Shown one piece after another: positions 11,453-21,444 of a DNA stretch of 64,000 nt. The DNA is from an uncultured delta proteobacterium. Lineage in GTDB: Bacteria; Desulfobacterota; RBG-13-43-22. Location of the stretch: positions 96,001-160,000 of the forward strand of contig CAVUPH010000007.1 in the NCBI GenBank assembly GCA_963743305.1, given 5' to 3'. Each line of letters starts with the position of its first letter. Positions within the stretch are counted from its first letter, which is position 1. Under the pieces are notes generated by a model, which did not search any database, was not told the origin of the DNA, and saw only the letters and a program-made list of their open reading frames with translations. The translations under genes were made by a program, and so were the position numbers.

Positions 11453-11941
11453 ATGAGAAATGAAAAGAAACTGGCCATCGTATTGGCTGCTTGCCTCATG
11501 TTGGGGGGTAACACGCTGGTCCTGGCCAAGGGTGGCGGAGGTGGTGGAGGAGGAAAAGGCGGGGGCGGCGTGGCCGGGGTTCATAGCGGCGGTTCAGGGA
11601 GAACACTGGGGAAACATTTCGGTAATAAAGGGACTACCGCCAAGCAAAAGAAGTCCACAAAATCCAAGCAGGCGAAGCACGCCAAGAAACAGAAGCCTGC
11701 GCCTAAGCGGGTAGCGCCAAAGGCCACTCCAGCCATTCCGGCGACACCAGCGGTCCCGACCCCGGGAGTACCCGGTGCGGTGCCTGCTGTGCCAGCCACC
11801 CCGACAGCGCCTTCCAAGCCGGCGGGTCCAAAACCGATTTCGCCTGGCGCACCACCAGCCATCCCCGGGGCCCCAGCCAAAGCGGCATTGCCACCGGCTC
11901 CGCCGGTTCCGCCGGCACCCCCCGTGCCAATTAAACCCTAA
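11453..11941 (+). CDS. Secreted Gly/Lys/Pro-Ala-rich low-complexity protein
   Basis: Signal peptide, poly-G, Lys-rich and PA-repeat segments; RBS GAGGAG. Confidence 0.65.
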   Translation: MRNEKKLAIVLAACLMLGGNTLVLAKGGGGGGGGKGGGGVAGVHSGGSGRTLGKHFGNKGTTAKQKKSTKSKQAKHAKKQKPAPKRVAPKATPAIPATPAVPTPGVPGAVPAVPATPTAPSKPAGPKPISPGAPPAIPGAPAKAALPPAPPVPPAPPVPIKP

Positions 11942-11943
11942 TT

Positions 11944-11995
11944 TCATCAAGGCCAAGAAGCTCACGCAAGCCAAGGCTGCCGAGATGCTGGGGAG
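11944..11995 (+). pseudogene. XRE helix-turn-helix remnant
   Basis: FIKAKKLTQAKAAEMLG with no start. Confidence 0.45.
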
Positions 11996-12000
11996 GACGG

Positions 12001-12209
12001 GGAGAGCATTCCCCATCTCCCGCTGTCCTTGAGTCAGGCGGCGGCCCGGTAGATCCTATTTGAACTCCGGGAGTGGCGGATCCATCCCCTGAAAGACGAC
12101 CAAGTCCTCACGGCCTGGAACGGCCTGATGATCGCCGCTTTAGCCAAGGCGGCCCAGGCCCTGAATGAGCCGGCCTTTGCCCGGGCCGCGGCCCGCTCGG
12201 CGGCCTTTT
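12001..12209 (+). pseudogene. Degenerate duplicate of an internal yyaL-like segment (about 6966-7220)
   Basis: Near-identical DNA with an internal deletion and a TAG. Confidence 0.85.
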
Positions 12210-12549
12210 AAATCCTCTTTCCGGTATTGATTCGCATTTCGGTTTCTTGGCGGAACTGGGGAGAAGCTTGAAGCGCCGGCTTTCGATAGGAGTATGGGGG
12301 TTGAGATAGCTGGCTGTTTGGCTCTCAGGTTGGGTTGACACCAGATTTGGTCAATCAACCAATTATTCCAGAACTAGATGTCCCTACTCCTTTCTTTCTT
12401 GTTGACTTTAATAACCGGATTATTATAAGTTGCCCAATTGATGTAGGAATTATGGAATTATCTGGGCGGGATTCTATGGGTTCAAGTTTTTAGGATAAAA
12501 AGGCCGAAAGATTGTCACTATCTTATAAAAAGATAACGGAAGGAGTGAA

Positions 12550-14247
12550 ATGATGGCGTACTTACAACCCATTAATAAGGCTTTAAAACTTATTTTAGTT
12601 GTTTTTCTAGTCGTCATGGGTCTTCAGGCGTTTTCAGGGAAAGCTCAGGCCGGGACTATCCAGGGGACCGTCAGGGATTTTACCAGCGGAAACCCGATAT
12701 CCGGGATTTATGTGGAGGCCTTTGAGGTAAATTTTGGATATGTTTCCACCGGTGCTTCGCAAAACACCACGGATGCCAACGGGCAATACGCCTTAACGGT
12801 TTTTGGTAGCCCTAATGCCATTTATAAAGTATTCTTCCGTAGAACCAATTCCTCCATCACTTATATGGGCCAGTGGTATAACGACGCCTCTTCTTATTCC
12901 GCCGCGACCCCAGTAACGATTACCAGCGGGGCTACGGTTTCCGGCATCGATGCCTCCATGAAAATCGCCAGCGGAGGGTTTATATCCGGCCGGGTGACCG
13001 GGCCCAACGGCGCGGGGGTTTCAGGCGCCAACGTCTGGGTTTACGATTATGGCCAAAAAGTGCAATCGAAGCGTAGTCTGCTCTCGGCCGTTGCCGACAC
13101 TAATGGATATTATACTATTCTCTCGCCTGTCCCCCCCGGGACCTATAAAGTTGAATGTTATGATGGTGCTGTGGGAAGCAATAATCAGATCGAGTGGTGG
13201 CAAGGGAAAACCGGTTTCTCGACGGCGGATCCGTTTGTGGTCACTGCGGTGGGTGCTAACAAAGCCGATTGCCAACTTGCCGAGGGCGGGATAATTACCG
13301 GGGGCGTCACAGACCTATCGAACAGTCCAATCAATAACGCCGGCATAGTAGTCTATGATCAGAATCAAAGTATAGTTACTTATGGTTCCACGGACGTCAC
13401 CGGGATTTATACCATCAGGCGTATACCTCCCGGAAATTATAAGGTAAAGTTTAACGGCCCCTATAATACCAACTATTCCCCCCAATGGTATAACAATCAG
13501 GCCTCCTTCAACCAGGCGAATTGGGTCCCGGTGGTCGTCGGTAATCCCGCGTCCAATATCAATGCCCAGCTTCTTATCGGGGGAACTATCTCGGGGTCAA
13601 CCTCTACCGGCACCGCACTGGCCGACCGCCGTTCGCAGTCTGTGACGGGAGGGATCCTGGCGGGGTCCCCGACCTCCGGGGTTACCGTTAATGTGTACGA
13701 TGAATTCCAAAAGAAAGTTTCCTCCGGGGTGTCCGGCGTGGACGGCACCTTTTCGGTGGTGGGCCTTCCTTCCGGAAATTACAAAGTCGAGTTTACCCGA
13801 TATAATTTAGGGAGCACCTGGTTTAACGGTCATCGGACTTTTGACAGCGCCGACTGGGTTCCGGTGATTGCCGGGAGTACTAAACCCGAGGTAAGCGGAC
13901 AACTGGTTCCATCCGCGGTTATTTCCGGCAAAGTAACGGATACGCTGGGGACGGGGATAGCTAAAGTAACGGTGCGAGCCTATGACGACACGACGCTGGA
14001 ACAATTAAATCCCTCTGCTCTTACCGATAGCTTGGGTATTTACACGCTAAACAGCCTTTCTCCTGGGAGCAGCAAACTTTATTATGATTCCCATGGGACC
14101 GGTTTCTTTTCGGAATGGTGGGCTGAGAAAAAATCGGTAACCGAGGCGACCCCCATCGATCTCATCTCCGGGCAGACGTATGCCAACAAAGATGCCGTGT
14201 TGGACCCCAGTAAGGAAGTATATTTGCCTTTGGTCCTGAAAAATTAA
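12550..14247 (+). CDS. Secreted protein with repeated carboxypeptidase-regulatory-like beta-sandwich domains
   Basis: Signal peptide; repeats ISG.VT...TD..G.Y....L..G.YKV.F...QWY; C-terminal YLPLVLKN. Confidence 0.8.
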   Translation: MMAYLQPINKALKLILVVFLVVMGLQAFSGKAQAGTIQGTVRDFTSGNPISGIYVEAFEVNFGYVSTGASQNTTDANGQYALTVFGSPNAIYKVFFRRTNSSITYMGQWYNDASSYSAATPVTITSGATVSGIDASMKIASGGFISGRVTGPNGAGVSGANVWVYDYGQKVQSKRSLLSAVADTNGYYTILSPVPPGTYKVECYDGAVGSNNQIEWWQGKTGFSTADPFVVTAVGANKADCQLAEGGIITGGVTDLSNSPINNAGIVVYDQNQSIVTYGSTDVTGIYTIRRIPPGNYKVKFNGPYNTNYSPQWYNNQASFNQANWVPVVVGNPASNINAQLLIGGTISGSTSTGTALADRRSQSVTGGILAGSPTSGVTVNVYDEFQKKVSSGVSGVDGTFSVVGLPSGNYKVEFTRYNLGSTWFNGHRTFDSADWVPVIAGSTKPEVSGQLVPSAVISGKVTDTLGTGIAKVTVRAYDDTTLEQLNPSALTDSLGIYTLNSLSPGSSKLYYDSHGTGFFSEWWAEKKSVTEATPIDLISGQTYANKDAVLDPSKEVYLPLVLKN

Positions 14248-14248
14248 A

Positions 14249-16192
14249 TTGGAGCCCTCAGGGGGACGAGGAATCGCCTCGTCCCCCCCCTCTCCACAAG
14301 TTGTCGCAGGTCTTTCCACAGGTATTCCCTCCTTGAAGGAAAAAGGGCGAAAAAACAAAACCGTTTCCCATGGCCAAACTCCACGGGAAAGGAGCAATAA
14401 AAAGGGGCTCTATTTCCTTTGGTCCCTTCTCGTGGTCACTTTTCTGACCTATCTCCCGGCCCTGACCGCCCATTTCGTGAACTGGGATGATCCCCTTTAC
14501 GTTACCGACAGCCCCTGGATCCGGTTGTCGATTGAAAACATAAAGGCCCTTTTTTTCTCCTTTCCCGGGAAAGTCAACCTACCTTTGACCAGGCTTTCCC
14601 TTTCCCTGAACCACGCCGTCTCCGGATTTAACCCCTGGTCCTATCATTTTATAAATATCCTGCTGCACCTGTTGAATACCGCTCTGGTCTATTCGCTGGT
14701 GCGCACAGTTTCCCGGGCCCTGAACGGCGACAAAGTGGAGGAAGTTGCCCTGATCACGGCCGCTTTTTTCGGGCTTCATCCCCTGCATGTGGAATCCGTG
14801 GCCTGGGTGGCGGAACGGAAGGACGTTTTATACACGGCTTTTTTCCTTGGATCCCTGATCTGCTATTTATGGTATATCCTGCAAGAAAAAACGGGCCTTT
14901 TCTTCTTGTCCCTGGCCCTGTTCATTTTTTCCTTATTATCCAAAGCCCAGGCCGTTACCTTACCCCTGATCCTGGTGGCGTTGGACTGGCTGGTACAAAG
15001 AAAAACCACCATCGGGCGGTGGCTGATGGAAAAGGGGCCTTTTTTCGCCATTTCACTGGCTTTTGGTCTCTGGAATCTCCTGCTAACCAAAGGCTTGCAG
15101 GCGACAGACCCGGAATTTATCAATCCGTTGAGTCACTTTACCTTTTGGCAACGCCTGCTACTTACCGGCTATGCCTTCAGCCACTACCTATTAAAAACCA
15201 TAGCCCCTTTCAAATTGTCCGTGATCTATCCTTACCCCGAACTGACCGGAGGGGCGCTTTCCTCTCTTTACTCGATCTACCTTATCCCGATCATCGGCAT
15301 CATCGTCCTCTTGGTTTATCTGGGCCGAAGGGACCGGGTGGCCGCATTCGCCGTTTTGTTTTTTTTGATCAACATTGGCGTAACCTTTCAGACGATTATC
15401 GGTATCACCCCCTCTATCATGAACGATCGCTACACCTATCTCGCTTCCATCGGGGTATTCTTCCTCTTCGCCCTGCTGCTCCGCCAGGCCCTGATCCGCT
15501 GGAGCCCCTGGACGAGAGGGATCCAGGTGTTCCTTCTGGTCGGTCTGGGTCTGCTGGCCGTGGTCGCCTTCCAGCGAACCAAGGTCTGGCAGGACAGCCT
15601 CAGCCTGTGGAACGACGTACTCGTCAAATACGACCGCGTGGCCCTTGCCTGGATAAACCGGGGGGAGGCCCGAGCAGGCCTGAGGGATTTTGCCGGGGCG
15701 GAAAATGATTTTGACCGGGCGCTGGAACTCGACCCCCAAAGCAGCCTGGCCTGGGCCAACCGGGGGGCGGCCAGAATCAAAAGGGGTGATTTCAAAGGAG
15801 CAATGTCGGACCTGGAACAGGCGGTTTTACTCAATCCGGCCTATGGGGATGCCTATCTGAACCGCGGAACGGCCAGGGTTTCACTGGGCGATGTCCAAGG
15901 CGCCCTGCAGGATTTTACCAAAGCGGTCACGCTGCAACCCGGCTCGGTCAAGGCTTTGACCAACCGGGGGTTTGCCAAGCTGATCCTGGGGGACCCGAAG
16001 GGCGCCCTGGCGGACTGCGATCGGGCGCTGGCCTTGGCCCCCGAATACGGGAAGGCGCTCTGGGGGCGCGGGTCGGCCCGGATCAGGATGGGAAACCGGT
16101 CGGAGGGCTGCGCGGATTTGAAAAATGCCTTGAATGTGGGGGGGGACTCCGCTAGATTGGAATTTCAGGAACATTGTCAAAATCTTAAATAG
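14249..16192 (+). CDS. TMTC-like membrane glycosyltransferase (GT-C) with C-terminal TPR repeats (start uncertain)
   Basis: FVNWDD, YHFINILLH, HPLHVESVAWVAERKD, LLSK, DRYTYLAS, W.DSLSLW, then TPRs. Confidence 0.85.
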   Translation: MEPSGGRGIASSPPSPQVVAGLSTGIPSLKEKGRKNKTVSHGQTPRERSNKKGLYFLWSLLVVTFLTYLPALTAHFVNWDDPLYVTDSPWIRLSIENIKALFFSFPGKVNLPLTRLSLSLNHAVSGFNPWSYHFINILLHLLNTALVYSLVRTVSRALNGDKVEEVALITAAFFGLHPLHVESVAWVAERKDVLYTAFFLGSLICYLWYILQEKTGLFFLSLALFIFSLLSKAQAVTLPLILVALDWLVQRKTTIGRWLMEKGPFFAISLAFGLWNLLLTKGLQATDPEFINPLSHFTFWQRLLLTGYAFSHYLLKTIAPFKLSVIYPYPELTGGALSSLYSIYLIPIIGIIVLLVYLGRRDRVAAFAVLFFLINIGVTFQTIIGITPSIMNDRYTYLASIGVFFLFALLLRQALIRWSPWTRGIQVFLLVGLGLLAVVAFQRTKVWQDSLSLWNDVLVKYDRVALAWINRGEARAGLRDFAGAENDFDRALELDPQSSLAWANRGAARIKRGDFKGAMSDLEQAVLLNPAYGDAYLNRGTARVSLGDVQGALQDFTKAVTLQPGSVKALTNRGFAKLILGDPKGALADCDRALALAPEYGKALWGRGSARIRMGNRSEGCADLKNALNVGGDSARLEFQEHCQNLK

Positions 16193-16208
16193 TTTTTCGA
16201 GGATTATG

Positions 16209-17051
16209 ATGCGCTGGAAGCAATTATTCACACCGGTTAAAGCCGTCGAACCGGAAGAAGCCATGGCTCTGATAGCCCAATGGGCGGAGGGCTCTTATAC
16301 CCTGCTGGACGTCCGGCAGCCGGGGGAATATGAACGAGAGCATTTGCCTGGGGCGAAGTTGGTTCCTCTACCGAATCTCGCGGACTCCTTAAAGGAATTG
16401 GATCCACAGAAGCCGGTTATTGTTTACTGAGCGGTAGGCGGAAGGAGCCGCGTGGCGGCTCAATTCTTATCGGGACAAGGGTTCGGGGAAGTCTATAACC
16501 TCAAGGGGGGGATCAAAGCCTGGCAGGGGGCGAAGGCCTTCGGCCCGGTGGAGTTGAACCTGGATTTGATACACGGCGATGAAACCCCGCCGGAGATCAT
16601 TTCCCTGGCCTACGGGATGGAAGAGGCCTTGCGCCGGTTTTATGTCTTTTTTAAAGACAGGACCTCCGAGGGAGAACTTCAAAAACTCTTAATCCTTTTG
16701 GCCTCGGTGGAGGAAAAACATAAGGAAATCTTGCAGGCCTTGTACCTGGAACTCCACGATGCCTCGCGGGAGTCAAAACCATTGGAGGAGAGGACCCAGG
16801 CCGAAGTGCTGGAAGGAGGTTTTCGATTTACCGATTTTATCCGAGAAAATGAACCGCTGTTGAAAAGCCCCGCTGCTGTGCTGGAGACCGCCCTGATGCT
16901 GGAGACCCAGGCCCTGGACCTTTACCTGCGGTTCGCGGCCAAGGTGGGGGAGGGTGGTACGAAAAACGTCCTTTTTCGCCTGGGGGACGAGGAAAAGGCC
17001 CATCTAGCCTCCCTGGGCCGACTGCTGGATGAAACGTTGCAACGAAAATAA
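16209..17051 (+). CDS. Selenocysteine-containing rhodanese fused to a ferritin/rubrerythrin-like domain (Sec TGA at 16428-16430)
   Basis: LLDVRQPGEYEREHLPGA...VIVY-U-AVGGRS is in frame with the downstream ORF; NLKGGIKAW; EEKH and EKAH diiron-like motifs. Confidence 0.9.
16428..16462 (+). promoter_or_regulatory. Putative bacterial SECIS hairpin
   Basis: TGAGC...GCTCA outer stem and GCGG-AAGGAG-CCGC apical stem-loop directly 3' of UGA. Confidence 0.65.
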
Positions 17052-17210
17052 ATCAGCGGGTTAAACGGTCCGGGGAGAGGGGGAGAGATCCTTGCTCTTA
17101 TCCGACCGGGGCGAATAACCGGACCCAGGGCTGATTTCCTTTAATGTGGGTAGACCCTATTCACGAATCGTCCTTTTGGGGTACACGTGAAAATTATCTG
17201 CATTTTTTTC

Positions 17211-17239
17211 TTGACAAAGATGTTTAGATGGTATACGCT
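17211..17239 (+). promoter_or_regulatory. Sigma70 promoter with overlapping palindromic operator
   Basis: TTGACA-N17-TACGCT; GTTTA-N5-TATAC at 17222-17236. Confidence 0.6.
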
Positions 17240-17247
17240 TATTTTTC

Positions 17248-17707
17248 ATGAGCCAATCGAACGCCTCCAGGTTTTCACTTGTTGGGAAATTCGGCCGGGT
17301 GGCAAAACTCTGGGAGCAGTTGGACAAAAAGCCGCGCCAATTCGGGACCGGGGAAGACTTCTCCGGCTCTGAAATCCACCTGATTGAGGTAGTAGGACAG
17401 AACGAGGGGCTCAGCGTGACCGCCCTGGCTAAACGGTTAGGTATAACCAAGGGTGCGGTATCTCAAACACTGAAAAGGCTGGCCGGCAAAGAGATCATTG
17501 TGAAAGAGACCGATCCGTCCAACACGTCGCGGGTGACCGTGAATCTTTCGACGAAAGGCAAAGTGGCCTTCTTCGCCCATCTGCACTGGCATGAGACCAT
17601 GGATGGCGGCTTTCGGGACTATTTCCTGGGGCTTATCTGAGGAGCGGATTCGGTTCCTTGATGAGTTTCTGACTATACTGGAGCAATTCCTGAAGAGGAG
17701 GAAATGA
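17248..17707 (+). CDS. MarR-family regulator (+1 frameshift at GGGG near 17630)
   Basis: SEIHLIEVVG..GLSVTALAKRLGITKGAVSQ; continues LSEERIRFLDEFL...RRK. Confidence 0.85.
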
Positions 17708-17724
17708 TTTTTTTTCAGTATAGT

Positions 17725-17739
17725 GTATAGCAAATAAAC
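17725..17739 (+). promoter_or_regulatory. Second candidate MarR operator
   Basis: GTATA-N5-TAAAC upstream of the methyltransferase, matching the box in the marR promoter. Confidence 0.45.
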
Positions 17740-17759
17740 ACAGTAGACAGGAGGCTCTC

Positions 17760-18326
17760 ATGAGATGGACCATCAGCGGCAAGGGTGTGGACCGAATGCC
17801 CGGTTTTGCTTTTCGGATGATGAAGGTGCTGTTCGAGGTCAGGGACAGATTCGTGTCGGTATCCTCCCTCCTGGAGGAGTTCGATATTAAACCGGGGCAG
17901 ACCGTGGTCGACTATGGCTGCGGTCCGGGATCATACCTCCAGCGCGCCTCCGAATTGACGGGACCACAGGGACGGGTATTCGCTCTCGATATCCACGAAC
18001 TCGCCATCCAGGCAGTGATGAAACGGGCCATTAAGGAACGGCTGACCAATGTGACCGCGGTAGTAACAGACCGCAATAAATGTTCCTTGGCCGATGAGAC
18101 GGCCGATGTCATCTACGCGCTGGACATGTTTCATATGGTGAGCGATCCCAGGGGCCTGCTGAGGGACTTGAACCGGATATCGAAAAGAAGCGGCTTTCTT
18201 TTTATAGACAACGGTCATCAAAGCAGAGACGAGGCCCGATCGAAGATTATTGATTCGGGTGGGTGGGAGCTGGTCGAGGAAAAGAGGCGCTACATGAAAT
18301 GGCGTCCTCTCAAAAAAGAGGCGTAG
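17760..18326 (+). CDS. Class I SAM-dependent methyltransferase
   Basis: VVDYGCGPGS motif I. Confidence 0.88.
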   Translation: MRWTISGKGVDRMPGFAFRMMKVLFEVRDRFVSVSSLLEEFDIKPGQTVVDYGCGPGSYLQRASELTGPQGRVFALDIHELAIQAVMKRAIKERLTNVTAVVTDRNKCSLADETADVIYALDMFHMVSDPRGLLRDLNRISKRSGFLFIDNGHQSRDEARSKIIDSGGWELVEEKRRYMKWRPLKKEA

Positions 18327-18572
18327 CCGAACGCCAGCATTCAACCAACCAGAGGTCCTCCTTCCGCAGAAGTCCGCTCCCAATTCGCCGCTCGAAGGGT
18401 TCAAAGGATTGGCAGCGGGTCTGATTCCCTAGGACTCCGCTCCTGGGCGGCCGAGATTTTCCGAACTCTCGGAGCCGAACCTCTCCACCGCATCGTCGCA
18501 CCGAATATTCGCGGCGCCGATGGCCTAGCCCCGCGCCTGGTCCGCGGGCAACCCGCCGAAACGGAGAACCGC

Positions 18573-19640
18573 TTATTGCTTCAGGATCAGGGGCAAATAA
18601 ATCGCACGGAACAGGTCGAAGCTGTCAAATAGGGCGTAAGTTCCCGTGTTGCCGCTATAGCTGTTAACCGTTACCCGGCTACCGTCGATATCCACCACGC
18701 TGAAATAATAGGTGTCGGGGGCATTGAAGACCTGCCAGAGCGTGGGATCCACTATGAGGGGGTCAGTGTCCACCGGGGCGCCGCAGGTGCCGCTGAGAAG
18801 CTGAACGACATTGTTCTGCCAGGGGGGACGCGGCGGGTCGGTCTGGAGGTCGGGGGTAATACTGCTGTCAATGGTCTTCCGGGAATAGAGATGCGAATGC
18901 CCGCAGGCGTAGAGGTCAAACCGGTTCTGATCCAGGATAGACCACAGTTTCGTAAAGCTGACATTCGCAATAGACGGTTCGGAAGGGTTATTGGTGACAT
19001 AGTAATAGGGCGTATGCATGAAAAGAAATTTATGGCGGGCCGTGGTTTTGGTCAATTGGTCGGCCAGCCAGTCTAATTGAGTATCATCGATGTTACCGCC
19101 CACGTCGGGGTTGGGATTATCGGCGGTAAGGTAATAGGGGTCCAGCGTGGCAAAGAAGGCGTCGCCGCCGGGAGAGGTGAAGGAATAGACCAGACGCTCA
19201 TAACCGGGCGGCCCGTTGCCGGGATTCTCCGAAAAGGCTATTTGGAATTGGTGCTGGTTCTCCAAAAGGAATCCGCCTGTGGTTGGGAAGCCAAAGAGTT
19301 CATGATTGCCGATGGCAGTGTATAAGGCTACTCCGGCGCTCGTCAGGGGCGCGAAAAGGTCTTTCCAGGTCTGGAAGGTATATTCGCTGCCGTTAAATCC
19401 GGTGGAGACCATATCGCCGGCGAAGACCACAAACGCCGGTTGGGGAGATAAGGCCTGGATTTGGGAAATGATGGCGTTCAAAACGGGCGTGTTGATCGGC
19501 AAGCTGGCGCCTCCCTGGCTGTCAGCCATAAAGACGAAACGCAGTTTTTCGCAATGCCCGGAGGTTGGCAGGAACACCGCCGTGAGCAGTGCCGCAACCA
19601 GGCAGAGGACCGGGACGACTCTTTTTAACTTGGCAATCAT
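18573..19640 (-). CDS. Secreted calcineurin-like metallophosphoesterase
   Basis: ADSQ, AGDMV, IGNHE, HTP, GHSH; signal peptide; C-terminal YLPLILKQ. Confidence 0.88.
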   Translation of the reverse strand: MIAKLKRVVPVLCLVAALLTAVFLPTSGHCEKLRFVFMADSQGGASLPINTPVLNAIISQIQALSPQPAFVVFAGDMVSTGFNGSEYTFQTWKDLFAPLTSAGVALYTAIGNHELFGFPTTGGFLLENQHQFQIAFSENPGNGPPGYERLVYSFTSPGGDAFFATLDPYYLTADNPNPDVGGNIDDTQLDWLADQLTKTTARHKFLFMHTPYYYVTNNPSEPSIANVSFTKLWSILDQNRFDLYACGHSHLYSRKTIDSSITPDLQTDPPRPPWQNNVVQLLSGTCGAPVDTDPLIVDPTLWQVFNAPDTYYFSVVDIDGSRVTVNSYSGNTGTYALFDSFDLFRAIYLPLILKQ

Positions 19641-19719
19641 TGGTGAACTCCTTGAATTAACTGAGATTAGAGGGTGAGGTTAGGGTGATAGGAATTTGGG
19701 GTGAGGTAAGATCTTTCTC

Positions 19720-20274
19720 TTACTGGTATAAGTATGGGGCCAACGGCCCGGGTGAGTCAAGAAGAATGTTTCTTGACCCCGGGGCCGTCTCCCGGCAGAT
19801 AAGAATCCGGGATCGAGCGGAGACCTTTAGAACAAAACCAATCACCAGGAGAACGACGGAGGCCAGGCTGAGCGAGGCGCGAACTATATTGGCGACTTGG
19901 AGTCTTCGGCGCTCCTCATGTAGCGCAGCCACAGCGCTGCTTTCCAGGGCCTCGACTCTGGCATAGATCGGGAGAGCGGTGGACTTGGAGACGATCGAGG
20001 TGATCACCCAAAGGACCAGCCCCGCCGTGAACCAGCGATTGCTGAAACCATAGAAGATAAAATAGGGCACCATGCCGATAAAGGTAATACTCGATACAGC
20101 GATGGCATAAGGCGACCTCAAGGCGCGTGTTTTCAACAGGGTCAAGAAACGTTTGAAGGCGGCCTCGTCCAAATCATTCATTACCCCCTGGATCACCCCG
20201 GCGACAAATATCACAAATCCGGCACAGAGGGCCGTGGGGACGAGAAGCAGGATTTCAACAAAAGTTTGAGTCAT
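19720..20274 (-). CDS. Small membrane protein (DUF1772-like)
   Basis: Four hydrophobic segments, 3 nt downstream of the GTPase gene. Confidence 0.55.
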   Translation of the reverse strand: MTQTFVEILLLVPTALCAGFVIFVAGVIQGVMNDLDEAAFKRFLTLLKTRALRSPYAIAVSSITFIGMVPYFIFYGFSNRWFTAGLVLWVITSIVSKSTALPIYARVEALESSAVAALHEERRRLQVANIVRASLSLASVVLLVIGFVLKVSARSRILICRETAPGSRNILLDSPGPLAPYLYQ

Positions 20275-20277
20275 CTT

Positions 20278-21339
20278 TCAATCCTTCATCTGCTCCTTGG
20301 CAGATTTGATGAATCGTCCGAAGGCTCTGTCCTTTTTCCGTTTATCCACGTAGGACATCTCGTGGTACTCGGACTCCTTCTTGAGCTTCAGGTAACTGGA
20401 ATAGCGTTCTTGACTCAACTCACCGCCGGCCACTGCCGCCAGCACAGCGCAGCCCGGTTCCTGGCCGTGGCTGCAGTTGACATAACGACAATTTTCAGAA
20501 AGCTCGACAACATCTTCAAAGCCTTGGTTGACCCCCTCAGTCGCACCGAGAAGGCCGAGTTCCCTCATGCCGGGGGTGTCAATTAACATGGAACCCTGGT
20601 TGAGGACGATGAGCTGTCGACGCGCAGTTGTGTGGGTGCCTTCTCCCGTTCCACTGACGATTTTTGTTTTAAAGGCGTCCTGCCCGATCAGGCGATTGAT
20701 AAGGGTTGTCTTGCCGACCCCCGAGGACCCGATCAGGCAATACGTTTTTCCCGGGATTAACACCTGTTGGAATTCATCCAATCCGACTCCGGTGATGTTG
20801 CTGAGGGCCAGGACCTTGGCGGTGATGCCGGTCAATCGAATAGCCGCCAGCTTCTGTTCCAGTTCATCCTCGGTGATCAAGTCCGTCTTGGTAAGAATAA
20901 CCATCGGGTCCACACCGCCGTCGGCGGCCATTACCAAATACCGATCCATCCTCCGCACATTGAAGTCAAAATGGCACGATTGAACAATAAAAGCGCTATC
21001 GATGTTGGCGGCAATCATCTGGAAATCCACCTTTTCACCGGCGGACTTGCGGCGCAGGAACGTCTTTCTCGGCAACACTCCATGGATAATGGCTGCCGTA
21101 GCATCACTGTGATATCGCACGGTCACCCAATCGCCGACACAGGGCAGATCCGCCGGGGATTCAACCTGGAAATAGAACTTCCCGGCGAGTTCCGCGGGGA
21201 TTTCCCCGACTTCATTTCTGATGAGGTATGAGCCACGATCAACTGCCGATAGGCGCGCAATGGCGAGACCCTCTTGAAGCCAGTCACTGACCTGCGCTTG
21301 AAACCATTGATCGAAACCTAGATCACGTAATTGCGTCAT
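20278..21339 (-). CDS. rsgA: Ribosome small subunit-dependent GTPase A family
   Basis: VGDWV, AANID, TKTD, GSSGVGKT, HTT, DTPG, C-terminal CRYVNCSH..EPGC zinc finger. Confidence 0.9.
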   Translation of the reverse strand: MTQLRDLGFDQWFQAQVSDWLQEGLAIARLSAVDRGSYLIRNEVGEIPAELAGKFYFQVESPADLPCVGDWVTVRYHSDATAAIIHGVLPRKTFLRRKSAGEKVDFQMIAANIDSAFIVQSCHFDFNVRRMDRYLVMAADGGVDPMVILTKTDLITEDELEQKLAAIRLTGITAKVLALSNITGVGLDEFQQVLIPGKTYCLIGSSGVGKTTLINRLIGQDAFKTKIVSGTGEGTHTTARRQLIVLNQGSMLIDTPGMRELGLLGATEGVNQGFEDVVELSENCRYVNCSHGQEPGCAVLAAVAGGELSQERYSSYLKLKKESEYHEMSYVDKRKKDRAFGRFIKSAKEQMKD

Positions 21340-21444
21340 ATCTTGTCACCACCGTCCGGCCAACTTTTCCAGGTTTTTTGTAACTTGCGGATAAATTAAG
21401 ATATATAGCCTAAGTGGACAGCCTATCCTGAAACGACGTCTTGA

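Noticed and set aside
17638-17640. TGA in marR as possible Sec
   Set aside because: The continuation is in a different frame; an extra G in GGGG explains it.
18320-18570. Complete attC after the methyltransferase
   Set aside because: A left end (GCCGAAC) is present but no matching GTTRRRY arm could be paired.
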